64,000 nucleotides of DNA from a virus (lineage: Duplodnaviria > Heunggongvirae > Uroviricota > Caudoviricetes). The position numbers were made by a program, and so were the translations under genes. The notes under the pieces were generated by a model that was not told the origin of the DNA, ran no database searches, and worked only from the letters and a program-made list of their open reading frames with translations. This document shows positions 26,473 to 35,255 of this stretch, in pieces (positions within the stretch are counted from its first letter, which is position 1; each line of letters opens with the position of its first letter). The stretch lies in the IMG/VR virus record IMGVR_UViG_3300050190_000017. One strand, written 5' to 3'.

Positions 26473-26982
26473 ATGATAATCATCGACGAAGACTTCAACA
26501 TGGTAGTCGCTGAAGCCTCGTGGAACAAAGTAAAGCTTGCCAAGGAGCAGATTCAGATCTTGAAGTCCTGGATTAACCCTGAGCCCGAGGTCAAATCAAA
26601 GTTACCTACTGGTGGTGCTCAATACCCAGTGCACGCCCGCTTCACCCGTACGAACCCAGCCTCAGGGTTCTCACAGAAGCTCATGTGTACTTTATTCTAC
26701 GAGGATTCAACAATAACCGGCCTGGAGTGCTTCGAGCAGGATCCATACTTCTACCCCTCTATGTTTAAGCTGTGTAACGGAGAGCTCTATAAGGTTCAAG
26801 CTGTACAAGTCCAACCCTACCAGGACACTGTGTACCCGAAAGTGCATTACGCAGTGTATACGCTCACGCTAGTTGATGATCCCAAAGGCTACAGGTTTAT
26901 CAAGGTACTCTCCATCGGTGAACCTACAGATGATCCGTTCGGTGACGATGAGGACTACGGTGAAGAGTACCCTTGTAAATAA
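26473..26982 (+). CDS. Hypothetical protein
   Basis: 169 aa, AAGGAG RBS. Confidence 0.75.
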   Translation: MIIIDEDFNMVVAEASWNKVKLAKEQIQILKSWINPEPEVKSKLPTGGAQYPVHARFTRTNPASGFSQKLMCTLFYEDSTITGLECFEQDPYFYPSMFKLCNGELYKVQAVQVQPYQDTVYPKVHYAVYTLTLVDDPKGYRFIKVLSIGEPTDDPFGDDEDYGEEYPCK

Positions 26983-27016
26983 ATCATAACTAGTCTCACT
27001 GAGAACTGCCTAGAAG

Positions 27017-27352
27017 ATGAGCACAAAGAAAGATTCACGAGGTAAAGATCACATCATAGGTCTCTACCGTAAGAACACTATACGAACTTTGAACAACGTT
27101 CGACGAGGACTTGTAGACGAACAAGATATAGATCGCCTGCATAACTTTCTGCAAACTAGTCTGGCTCTAATGGCGATGGTTCCCCTTCAGACATTCAGGC
27201 AAGCAGAGAGAAACGCAGAGATCGCAGGGTTCCTCCACGAAGACTCTGACACTGAAGTTATCTTAGATCCGAAGAAACAACCTTTGATCGATTTAGATAT
27301 GGATTCGGTTATAGACCAAGCAGTTCAACAGCTAAAGGACTCCAATGTTTAA
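27017..27352 (+). CDS. Hypothetical protein
   Basis: 111 aa, preceded by TGTAAATA at 26974..26981. Confidence 0.75.
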   Translation: MSTKKDSRGKDHIIGLYRKNTIRTLNNVRRGLVDEQDIDRLHNFLQTSLALMAMVPLQTFRQAERNAEIAGFLHEDSDTEVILDPKKQPLIDLDMDSVIDQAVQQLKDSNV

Positions 27353-27518
27353 ACTACTTATCAGCACTCACGTAGGCGATAGCCACGGCTGCGCAGTTTC
27401 CTCTGTGGTCGTAGACTTCTCCACGCCGCAGTTAGCTGAGGATGCAATACAGCAACTCCAGGCAGCGCCACGAAACACTGATCAATGGTACACCGTAATT
27501 CGTCTCTACAGGAGTTAA
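27345..27518 (+). CDS. 57-aa hypothetical protein
   Basis: Hand-translated, AAGGA RBS. Confidence 0.55.
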   Translation: MFKLLISTHVGDSHGCAVSSVVVDFSTPQLAEDAIQQLQAAPRNTDQWYTVIRLYRS

Positions 27519-27522
27519 GACA

Positions 27523-27939
27523 ATGTACTTAGTTTTCATTGCCGATCAGTACGGTCAACAGGGAGGAGCTGCTGATCTTGTGGGAACAATAGATACCGAC
27601 TCTAACAATCTAGCCGAAGCCCTGATACCCCTGTTACGTAAGTACGCTGGATCAGACGATCCCCAACACAACTGGACTGCGTGCTCTATCTTTGTGTCCG
27701 TGCTAAACCCTACAACACTCGAGATGTTTGGTGCTGAGTTCGATTTGAACCTTCGAGGGAGCCTAGGCTTTAACCCACCTGAGAGTCTTATAGTGAAGGA
27801 GTACGAATACTATAAGGATGGAGAGCGTCAAGAGATGCCTATGATCCCAAGAGCTCTACACGTAGACTGGTTATCAATACTTGGCTACAAAGATAAAGAC
27901 GATGATAGCGACTGGAACGAATACGGAGACCCTCAATAA
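27523..27939 (+). CDS. Hypothetical protein
   Basis: 138 aa, AGGAG RBS. Confidence 0.7.
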   Translation: MYLVFIADQYGQQGGAADLVGTIDTDSNNLAEALIPLLRKYAGSDDPQHNWTACSIFVSVLNPTTLEMFGAEFDLNLRGSLGFNPPESLIVKEYEYYKDGERQEMPMIPRALHVDWLSILGYKDKDDDSDWNEYGDPQ

Positions 27940-28175
27940 TGACAGTTACGAAATTACCTACCTCAGACTTAAGCGACGTACCGGCAATGCTACGTCAGCT
28001 AGCCGATGATCTTGAGAATGGGAAGTACGGCAAGGCGATAGGCGCTGTGGTTGTCCTTGAGGCTACCGGTCTACCAGTCTTAGGATTTGGCAGTGCAGAT
28101 CCTGTTAATGCTAGTGAGCTATTAGCGTGTGCTCACCAGAAGCTTGTGATGCAGCGGTTTGGCGCTATCGTCTAA
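27939..28175 (+). CDS. Hypothetical protein
   Basis: 78 aa, TAATG coupling. Confidence 0.7.
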   Translation: MTVTKLPTSDLSDVPAMLRQLADDLENGKYGKAIGAVVVLEATGLPVLGFGSADPVNASELLACAHQKLVMQRFGAIV

Positions 28176-28187
28176 AGGAGACACCTG

Positions 28188-28295
28188 ATGGATGCGCTGT
28201 TCGCCGTAATATGTATTATAGTTTTAGGTATGATTCTCCTTCTAGTTGGTAAAATGGGACTAGACCTTTTCCTGTTTCTTTGGAACATCGTATGA
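28188..28295 (+). CDS. 35-aa membrane peptide
   Basis: AAGGAG RBS, hydrophobic, ATGA coupling. Confidence 0.55.
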   Translation: MDALFAVICIIVLGMILLLVGKMGLDLFLFLWNIV

Positions 28296-28525
28296 GTGAA
28301 ATCACAATTACAGTAAGGGGTAGAGTAGGCTCGGGTAAGTCTGCCATCCTCGGCGAGATCGAAATCTTAATGAAAGCGTTAGGTATTCCTGTTCGCTACG
28401 CCAACGAGGAGGCGGCGGCCTCAGAGAAGAGAATGACGGGTGCCGACTGGACTACTTTCTTGGAGATGTACAAACCTTCCGTGGTTCTCGTTGAAGACCT
28501 TGTCCGTATAGGGAGCATTAAATGA
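28292..28525 (+). CDS. Small Walker-A (P-loop) protein
   Basis: ITVRGRVGSGKS. Confidence 0.65.
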   Translation: MSEITITVRGRVGSGKSAILGEIEILMKALGIPVRYANEEAAASEKRMTGADWTTFLEMYKPSVVLVEDLVRIGSIK

Positions 28526-28713
28526 ACGTACCTAGTCTATACTCACCTGAGTCCGTTGCGACTATAACTAAAGAACTGCTGAGACTTGTAAACGGCCGCT
28601 GGGTACCCTGTCGTCCTCTCGGCTACTCTGGTCTCTATCTGTTCAGACGATTCAAGTTGGCATACCTCGTGTTCACTGGTAAAGCTGACGTTGTTAAATG
28701 GGAGCAGCAATGA
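28522..28713 (+). CDS. Hypothetical protein
   Basis: 63 aa, coupled. Confidence 0.7.
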   Translation: MNVPSLYSPESVATITKELLRLVNGRWVPCRPLGYSGLYLFRRFKLAYLVFTGKADVVKWEQQ

Positions 28714-28732
28714 GAACCGTAGGAGAACGTCA

Positions 28733-28924
28733 ATGAGCACGGACATGCGACTACCTGAGGGCTTCACTCCCGACGAAGATGGTAACTACAAAGGCATTCC
28801 TCCATGGGCTATGCGAATGGCTAACCAGTTGATGGCTTCCACTAAGCAGGTTCGTGAGTGGGACGTACCACTGATTGCCACGGCACTACTCAACATGTAT
28901 AACAACGGTGGGCACAATGACTGA
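28733..28924 (+). CDS. Hypothetical protein
   Basis: ATG 28733 with AGGAG RBS. Confidence 0.65.
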   Translation: MSTDMRLPEGFTPDEDGNYKGIPPWAMRMANQLMASTKQVREWDVPLIATALLNMYNNGGHND

Positions 28925-29369
28925 ACTAATTACTCAACGAAGAGACCGAGACTGCTACCTCTGCTGTGTGTCGATGGCTGCTTCCGTTAGTCACGCATAC
29001 ATTAGAGGGAAGCTAACCCACGAGGAACTAGCCGAGATGGACCTCAAGGGTACCTCCGGTCCTGTTCTCGAAAAGATTATGAACATTGCAGGGTTCACAT
29101 GGGAGAAAGATTTCCAGTCAATCCACGCTGGCTACCTTCTCACCGACGCACACGGTCTAGTAGAGTTAAAGACTACGATGCTCCGGCTCCTACTGTGGGG
29201 TCGTCGAGCTATCATCCAGGTGCCCTCCCTAAATCTTGAGAACGAGATGCACGTCGTCTATTGGGATGGCTCTGCCTTGTTCGATCCCTCGACTAAGCTT
29301 AGATATGAACGGTGGGAAGACGTACCACTCAACAACTACATCACGATCTTCAACGAGAAAAACAAATGA
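28917..29369 (+). CDS. Peptidase C39-like (papain fold) protein
   Basis: QRRDRDCYLCC (Q-x5-C), later HVVYWDG...FDP. Confidence 0.65.
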   Translation: MTELITQRRDRDCYLCCVSMAASVSHAYIRGKLTHEELAEMDLKGTSGPVLEKIMNIAGFTWEKDFQSIHAGYLLTDAHGLVELKTTMLRLLLWGRRAIIQVPSLNLENEMHVVYWDGSALFDPSTKLRYERWEDVPLNNYITIFNEKNK

Positions 29370-30058
29370 TTAAGAAAATTCACCACAAGTTCAAGCAGTG
29401 GCTGACTGGTAAACCCAAACCCACAACTACCCTCACCAAAATAGAATGGGCTCCAGACTGGGACGCCAAGCGGTTGCAGGACACAATAGAGTCTATGGCT
29501 AAAGAAGCCGAGCCCGAAGTCCTCGCTGTAGTTGAGCTCAAAGAGCTCTGGATACTCAACAACTCAATAGATGTACTAGGTGCTGCAGGTGAGTTTGTAT
29601 TCTCGTTGACCTCCCGTCCTATTGACGATCACATATTCCCCTACCCTCCAGCAGAAAAGGATTGGGCGCACAAGTGGGGTGATTACCACGCTGCACAGAA
29701 GCACCTTCTAGCCAGCCTAGTCGAGGCTAAACAGAATCAGGATTTCTTCACTATCCCGCAGACGTGGTTGCCTATCAACGTTCATGCCCTAGTGTCCCCG
29801 GCGAAGTTATCATTGATCTCTGGCTTCTGGGATCGAGTTAATGACAAGTCCATCTTGATTATAGATCCCTCAGTAGCGCGACGCCTGCTATCGGAACCTG
29901 CCGCACAAGCTGAGAAAGATCGGTTGGCTCAGACTATAGCCGATAAGAAGATGCTCGTTGCGGAGTCTGCTCTTGCACGGGAACAACTTACGCAAGAGCT
30001 CTCAATTCTAAAAGATGCACAGGCTACGATCAACAACATGACCTCCGGGAGTAAGTAA
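29366..30058 (+). CDS. Hypothetical protein, C-terminal coiled coil
   Basis: ATG 29366 coupled. Confidence 0.75.
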   Translation: MIKKIHHKFKQWLTGKPKPTTTLTKIEWAPDWDAKRLQDTIESMAKEAEPEVLAVVELKELWILNNSIDVLGAAGEFVFSLTSRPIDDHIFPYPPAEKDWAHKWGDYHAAQKHLLASLVEAKQNQDFFTIPQTWLPINVHALVSPAKLSLISGFWDRVNDKSILIIDPSVARRLLSEPAAQAEKDRLAQTIADKKMLVAESALAREQLTQELSILKDAQATINNMTSGSK

Positions 30059-30168
30059 TGGACAATATCCTAACTGAAGATGAGGCACAAGCTCTACAAG
30101 AATCCGACGCACAGCCCACTATGCCCTCACTGGAAGACATAGGCCAGATGTTCCTGGATTCACTGTAA
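30058..30168 (+). CDS. 36-aa acidic peptide
   Basis: TAATG coupling, GGAG RBS. Confidence 0.45.
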   Translation: MDNILTEDEAQALQESDAQPTMPSLEDIGQMFLDSL

Positions 30169-30191
30169 ATAACTTAGTTACCGGAGAAGCC

Positions 30192-30473
30192 ATGAGTAAG
30201 ATACACTTGATGTTTGCGAGTGATACACACGACGCCGCAATCCTCGCCAACATAGTTGAGGACGAAGGCGCAACAGTTATCTCTATCACCCACGTCCCAC
30301 ATAGATCAATGTATAGCGTGTTCTTCCGTGCTCCTGAGGACTTCCGTATGTACCAGGTGGAGGACATCTGGGCGAAACACCATGCAGACCGGAACGTGGC
30401 GATGCAAGATTTCCTCAGTACGAAGCAGGAGATCATGGCAGAGATGTTGAACGAGGAGAAGAAACTAAAATGA
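30192..30473 (+). CDS. Hypothetical protein
   Basis: 93 aa, after TGTAAATA at 30164..30171. Confidence 0.7.
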   Translation: MSKIHLMFASDTHDAAILANIVEDEGATVISITHVPHRSMYSVFFRAPEDFRMYQVEDIWAKHHADRNVAMQDFLSTKQEIMAEMLNEEKKLK

Positions 30474-30703
30474 ATACCGCTGCTCAAGAAGCTATACCTA
30501 ACCTAGCAGTATCCACAAACGGGATGGATCACGCTGACAAGACGCTCTGGACAGCTGCCTTTCTTAAACTACTCCCCACTGCTATCTCAGCATCTGGCTG
30601 GAAGATAGAAGGTACACTAGTAACCTCCGGTGAGGGGAAAGTGAAGTTAGCAGGTCTATGGGCTGACTACGCAGTTACGGAACAGCGTAACCGCTTCGGC
30701 TAA
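30470..30703 (+). CDS. Hypothetical protein
   Basis: 77 aa, coupled. Confidence 0.7.
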   Translation: MNTAAQEAIPNLAVSTNGMDHADKTLWTAAFLKLLPTAISASGWKIEGTLVTSGEGKVKLAGLWADYAVTEQRNRFG

Positions 30704-30717
30704 CCAGGAAAGCTAAA

Positions 30718-31089
30718 ATGAAAGAGTACCAACAGAAAGAACGGGTAATGGCCGCAAAGATTACCCGCATAGAGATTGCCTCGGGTCCAGATTCGTTTCG
30801 TGGTGTTCTTATAGTAGAGGACGGCGAGCATATCGACATAAGTAAGGCATTATGCCGTCGAGAATGGCACAACATAGAGGCCGGTAGCTACTACGTTGTA
30901 TCCGGCGAGGAAGCAGTGATTGTCTCAGCTGAAGTCTTTGAACGTGATTGGGAACCCCTGTCCAACAAAGTTCCAGATGCAAGTTTAATTGAACGCCTTC
31001 GTATTCATGCCGCTGATAAAAGTAACACAGCATTCTCTCGTTCGACGATGAATGAGATCTTGGAATTATTTACCGGAGAATCGAAATGA
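30718..31089 (+). CDS. Hypothetical protein, divergent paralog of 31086..31349
   Basis: YQQKERVMAAKI...GSYYVV...SAEVFERDW. Confidence 0.7.
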   Translation: MKEYQQKERVMAAKITRIEIASGPDSFRGVLIVEDGEHIDISKALCRREWHNIEAGSYYVVSGEEAVIVSAEVFERDWEPLSNKVPDASLIERLRIHAADKSNTAFSRSTMNEILELFTGESK

Positions 31090-31349
31090 ACTTGCCACAA
31101 TACCAGAGCCACAAGAAAGTACACGCCTTCAAAATCCTCGCTGTTAGCTATGAAGAAACACCGGATGGTATCTCACTCGTGTGTATAGTACCTACAGACC
31201 CAAACTTATCTCCTGTGTATATAGACTATGACTGGTACTATAAACACAGACCGCAAGCCGGTGGTTACTACGTTGTGTACGAAGACGGCTACACCTCCTA
31301 CAGTCCTGCCGAAGCTTTTGAGAACGGCTACACACTGATTGGTATTTGA
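31086..31349 (+). CDS. Small phage protein with GGYYVVYEDGY-SP-AFE domain
   Basis: PQAGGYYVVYEDGYTSYSPAEAFENGY. Confidence 0.75.
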   Translation: MNLPQYQSHKKVHAFKILAVSYEETPDGISLVCIVPTDPNLSPVYIDYDWYYKHRPQAGGYYVVYEDGYTSYSPAEAFENGYTLIGI

Positions 31350-31350
31350 T

Positions 31351-31535
31351 ATGGTTCACAATTGTAGATGGGTCCTCATACCTAACTCTCCTGGTGTAGT
31401 TGCCAAATACTGTGAGCACCTGTAGGATATACTTTACCTACTGACGACGATGGTAACAAGTATCGCAAGTACAACACGTTCTGCACAGAGCACAAAGCTA
31501 GATTTGAACTAGAGTTTGACGAGGAGGAATACTAA
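31351..31535 (+). pseudogene. Cys/His small protein split by a -1 frameshift (or sequence error)
   Basis: First frame ...AKYCEHL-TAG (31423); -1 frame from 31419 reads PVGYTLPTDDDGNKYRKYNTFCTEH...EEEY and ends in a TAATG overlap. Confidence 0.55.
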
Positions 31536-31750
31536 TGAGAGTTAATCGTAGTGTGCGTTGGAAAACCCTACTAGGCTCTGAGGACAATCAGAAGAAATTC
31601 ATATCTATGATTGAGGACAACTACCCAGACGCCAAAATTGATTTTACTCAGGACACTGCCGGTAGATATCTAGATGATTATGTAGAGGGTCTTTACCTAG
31701 GCTGGTGTCTTAATGAAGCTAAAGCATGGCCTAGTGGCGTATTGATATGA
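31535..31750 (+). CDS. Hypothetical protein
   Basis: 71 aa, GAGGA RBS. Confidence 0.65.
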   Translation: MRVNRSVRWKTLLGSEDNQKKFISMIEDNYPDAKIDFTQDTAGRYLDDYVEGLYLGWCLNEAKAWPSGVLI

Positions 31751-31938
31751 GCGTATTCAGTATTAGCTGTTTAGACGAGGACGGTGCTTCCACTCTGGAA
31801 CTCGATGTTGTTTCCTCCAGCTGGATACAGGCTTGCGATAACCTAGACCCTATCGTACTTCGTAGGCGCTATCACGTAGGAACTGAAAACTTCTCTAAGA
31901 AAGAAACTGTAGAGATTCGTATTAAGTTAAAGAAGTAG
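31747..31938 (+). CDS. Hypothetical protein
   Basis: 63 aa, coupled. Confidence 0.6.
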   Translation: MSVFSISCLDEDGASTLELDVVSSSWIQACDNLDPIVLRRRYHVGTENFSKKETVEIRIKLKK

Positions 31939-31948
31939 GAGAATTGCT

Positions 31949-32968
31949 GTGGCTGAATTTTTGGGCATCGGGGACCTGCACCTGTCGAGCGCAGACGGGT
32001 CGGGTGGACTATCGAAGTACGTGCAGGACTCCGATCAAATGGTAACGGAGGAGATGGAAAAGGTTTTACAATACGGGAGGAAGCATGGGATCAATACCAC
32101 TCTGCTGTACGGGGATATTTTTGATTCACCCAGGGGTTCGTATCAGGGGATGATGGCCCTCTCAAGATTCCTTGCATCAAACGATGACTTCACGTTCCAT
32201 ATCATCCTAGGGAACCATGACCTCTATGGAGAAACACCGGACACCGGGCATTCCCTAGAACTGTTGAAGCTCTTGTACTCTAAGTCTAACGTGAAGTTCT
32301 ACACTAAACCAAAGACGGTAGAGATCGACGGTGCTCCAGTTCGGTTCCTCCCGTACCCTCACGAATCCTTCGATAGTAAGGCTCTCAATGTCTACCATAA
32401 AGAAGTTCGCGGAAGTAAGAACGACGCGGGGCGTGTCATGGGATCAGATGATCTTACAGACTCCAAGTCCGTTATCGTCGCTGGACATTTGCATACCGCT
32501 CATAGAGTCCGTAACACGTATTACAGCGGAACACTATATCAACAAAACTTTGGAGAAAGCCTTCCAAAGTATTTCCATCACATAGAATTCAACGGGCCGA
32601 AGGATTACGAAATCCGGCTGGTCAAGCACGACCCCAAATACAAGCTGCACACTATCGTACTGAACACTCGAGATGACCTGGCAACTATTCCAGAGGGTGG
32701 GTTCAATCTAGTGAAGCTAGTCATCCAGGATGGGGCGGATGTATCGGCATCGGACTACGGTAAGTTTTCAAACATCGTAATGATTAAGCCATTCAAGTCG
32801 AAGGAGGACCTGCAGATGGTCCTCACCGAAGACTTAACCGAGGGACAGGCTGTGTCGTTCAAGACGGAAGACTTCTTTCGCACCTGGGTTTCCAGCCTAG
32901 ATGTAGACGAGGCTATGCGGAAGAAAATAAAATCTATTAGACGAAAGATTCTTAACACTGTAAGTTAG
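31949..32968 (+). CDS. Recombination exonuclease subunit (SbcD/Mre11/T4 gp47-like)
   Basis: GDLH, GDIFD, GNHD, GHLH, YSGTLYQQNFGE, C-terminal helical tail. Confidence 0.85.
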   Translation: MAEFLGIGDLHLSSADGSGGLSKYVQDSDQMVTEEMEKVLQYGRKHGINTTLLYGDIFDSPRGSYQGMMALSRFLASNDDFTFHIILGNHDLYGETPDTGHSLELLKLLYSKSNVKFYTKPKTVEIDGAPVRFLPYPHESFDSKALNVYHKEVRGSKNDAGRVMGSDDLTDSKSVIVAGHLHTAHRVRNTYYSGTLYQQNFGESLPKYFHHIEFNGPKDYEIRLVKHDPKYKLHTIVLNTRDDLATIPEGGFNLVKLVIQDGADVSASDYGKFSNIVMIKPFKSKEDLQMVLTEDLTEGQAVSFKTEDFFRTWVSSLDVDEAMRKKIKSIRRKILNTVS

Positions 32969-32978
32969 GAGCTCCCTC

Positions 32979-33650
32979 ATGCGTTTTAAGAAACTACCTC
33001 GCCTGAAGTTTCTCAAAGAGTGCTTTGACTACGATCCAGAGACGGGAAACTTAGTGTGGAGAGTTCGCCCTTATAGTCATTTCCCTTCGAGTGGTAATGC
33101 GGATGGCTGGAATTCCCGCTTCTCCGGTAAAGTGTTATCCAGTACTACCTCAGGAGGCCGCCCGATTGTTCAGCTTAACCACTCTAACTTCTACATACAC
33201 CGAATCATCTGGAAGTTGGTTACTGGTAAAGACCCTGGGAAATTTGAAGTGGATCACGCCGACACAGATAACACTAACAACAGCTGGAAGAATCTCAGAC
33301 TAGCAACTAACGCACAGAATCAAGCCAACTCCTCTCTAGCATCAAATAACAAATCTGGAATTAAAGGTGTTAGCTGGGCTGCTAGGAAGAACAAGTGGTT
33401 CGCTCAGATTAGGTCTAACGGTGTTCTGTACTACCTAGGATACTTCGACGATCTTCATGAAGCGGCTGCTGTCGTTGAAGCTAAACGAAAAGTTCTACAC
33501 AAGGAATTTGCTAATGACGGAACTAAGGTAGTTCAGCCTAAGCAGGTTGACTTCCCGTTCAAAGAGTGGTTGAAGTCCTTGGACGTCGATGAAGAGTTGA
33601 GAAAACGTATTCGCTATCAACGTCGAAAAATACTTAATGGAGTATCGTGA
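32979..33650 (+). CDS. HNH homing endonuclease with AP2-like domain and SbcD-derived tail
   Basis: HRIIW, EVDHADTDNTNNSWKNLRLATNAQN, SGIKGVSW...KWFAQI...YLGYF. Confidence 0.9.
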   Translation: MRFKKLPRLKFLKECFDYDPETGNLVWRVRPYSHFPSSGNADGWNSRFSGKVLSSTTSGGRPIVQLNHSNFYIHRIIWKLVTGKDPGKFEVDHADTDNTNNSWKNLRLATNAQNQANSSLASNNKSGIKGVSWAARKNKWFAQIRSNGVLYYLGYFDDLHEAAAVVEAKRKVLHKEFANDGTKVVQPKQVDFPFKEWLKSLDVDEELRKRIRYQRRKILNGVS

Positions 33651-33898
33651 TGACTGCCTACTGCATTATCATCCACAAACAGTTATCGGTAGCAGAGTGC
33701 CCACTGGAGACTTCTCAGTGTATGTGGAAGCACCGCGTCAACGGCCTCTGTAAATATAGTGAGGTATTCGCAAACTCAGACTTTACCCCAGTTGAGTTCG
33801 CAGCCTTAGTAGGTCTACCACCAATTGATTCTGCTGTTGTAAATATCTTACGCAATAGTTTAGCATTCAAGATCAAACACGAGCTACAAGACTCGTGA
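33647..33898 (+). CDS. Cys-rich hypothetical protein
   Basis: 83 aa, four Cys. Confidence 0.7.
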   Translation: MMTAYCIIIHKQLSVAECPLETSQCMWKHRVNGLCKYSEVFANSDFTPVEFAALVGLPPIDSAVVNILRNSLAFKIKHELQDS

Positions 33899-33971
33899 TC
33901 CCGTGAACCAACGAGTTCACAAAGACCATCCCGGTCAACCACCCTTCCCAGGACTATAATGGAAAATCAAA

Positions 33972-34691
33972 ATGAAGACGCTTACCGTTGCACAATTGGA
34001 AACTCTCGGCCCCCTGGGTTCTGTTTGGGTTCGTAACACTGGCGCAGAGTCCCTCCTGGAAATCAACGGAGACATCTTGTTGTCCATCCCAGGTAACGTT
34101 GGTCAACAAGGACAAGCTCTCAAGGTTCCCTCGACTTGGTTGCCTGTTGACTTGACCACCAACTTCCCGAAGCATCGTATCCTCGAATCAACAGATTTTC
34201 GGGCAGCAGTGCGTAATGGTTTGTTGACTATCATCGACGAACCTACCGCACAAAAGATTCTCCGTGAAGATGGTGCCAAGGAAGAACGTCAACGTTTGTT
34301 CGCCATCACGCAGCACATCAAGGAAGCAGGTGCTCCTCGTACTATCGCTGATTCCAACGTGTCGATTACTCGCACTGATGGTTTCAAAGAAGACGAAGAG
34401 AACCCAGTTTCGGTGATCGGACCCAATCAGGAAATCACACTGGCTTCGGCAGCTAAGGCAGGATTGGAAACTGACGAGAACGGCCTCACCGCTTCTTTCG
34501 TTATGTTTGCCGACAAGGTTGCAACGGAAGCGGATATTAAGGCATTGAATGCTTTGCGTACCCGTGCCCGTTTCAATCGCCGTGAGCTGAAGTATCTGCG
34601 TGACAACCTGAAGAACCATCCGAAGACTGTAGCAGCAGTCAAGACCAAGCTGAGTGCTATGTCTAAGGCTTCCAAGTCGGCTGCAGTGTAG
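33972..34691 (+). CDS. Hypothetical protein
   Basis: 239 aa; two upstream TGTAAATA motifs (33749, 33838). Confidence 0.85.
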   Translation: MKTLTVAQLETLGPLGSVWVRNTGAESLLEINGDILLSIPGNVGQQGQALKVPSTWLPVDLTTNFPKHRILESTDFRAAVRNGLLTIIDEPTAQKILREDGAKEERQRLFAITQHIKEAGAPRTIADSNVSITRTDGFKEDEENPVSVIGPNQEITLASAAKAGLETDENGLTASFVMFADKVATEADIKALNALRTRARFNRRELKYLRDNLKNHPKTVAAVKTKLSAMSKASKSAAV

Positions 34692-34725
34692 GACGGATTT
34701 CACCTCCTCCGTTAAGTGAAGTAGA

Positions 34726-34911
34726 ATGACTCAGAGGTTCGCAATTACCCAGCAGTCACGTATCGAAGAAGTTCACAAAGCACTCAACTCGCTGCCTAAC
34801 GGTCTACCTAAGACCAGGGCATCGATGTTGGTTGCCCTTGCAAAGAACAGAACTCCTACGCTAGTTCCCCGACTGGTAATTAACGCAATCCGTAATTTAG
34901 GTTCCCCATGA
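34726..34911 (+). CDS. Hypothetical protein
   Basis: 61 aa, coupled to next gene. Confidence 0.55.
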   Translation: MTQRFAITQQSRIEEVHKALNSLPNGLPKTRASMLVALAKNRTPTLVPRLVINAIRNLGSP

Positions 34912-35255
34912 CCACCACCGAATCCCCACCAGTACCCACTGCCCCTGCTATAGTAGCCGAGACCGAAGTTAAAGGCGGCCGCACGAATTACTACCTAGTG
35001 CAGGTGCCCAACCCTCAGCGTGAAACCCAACCCGCGTACACCGCAGAGTGCGAAGATATTATCGACGCCCTGAACTTGACGTTCGATGAAGCGAACATCT
35101 TCAAAGAGATTTGGCGGTCGGCTAACGCACGCAGTGGCAACGGCAAGCCAGGACACGGTTCCTTGTATGGTGCTCAGAAAATCGTACACTACGCAAAACG
35201 TATTCTACGCAAGCGCGAGAATGAAGCAGGCAACCAACCTCAACTGGAGGCGTAA
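34908..35255 (+). CDS. DUF3310 / T7 gp1.7-like nucleotide kinase family protein
   Basis: ECEDIIDALNLTFDEANIFKEIWR...AQKIVHY. Confidence 0.55.
   Translation: MTTTESPPVPTAPAIVAETEVKGGRTNYYLVQVPNPQRETQPAYTAECEDIIDALNLTFDEANIFKEIWRSANARSGNGKPGHGSLYGAQKIVHYAKRILRKRENEAGNQPQLEA

Noticed and set aside
31086-31349. Calling this gene Tad2
   Set aside because: It lacks the DUF2829 core (FG.AL..LK.G...R.GWNG); only the domain often fused to it is present.
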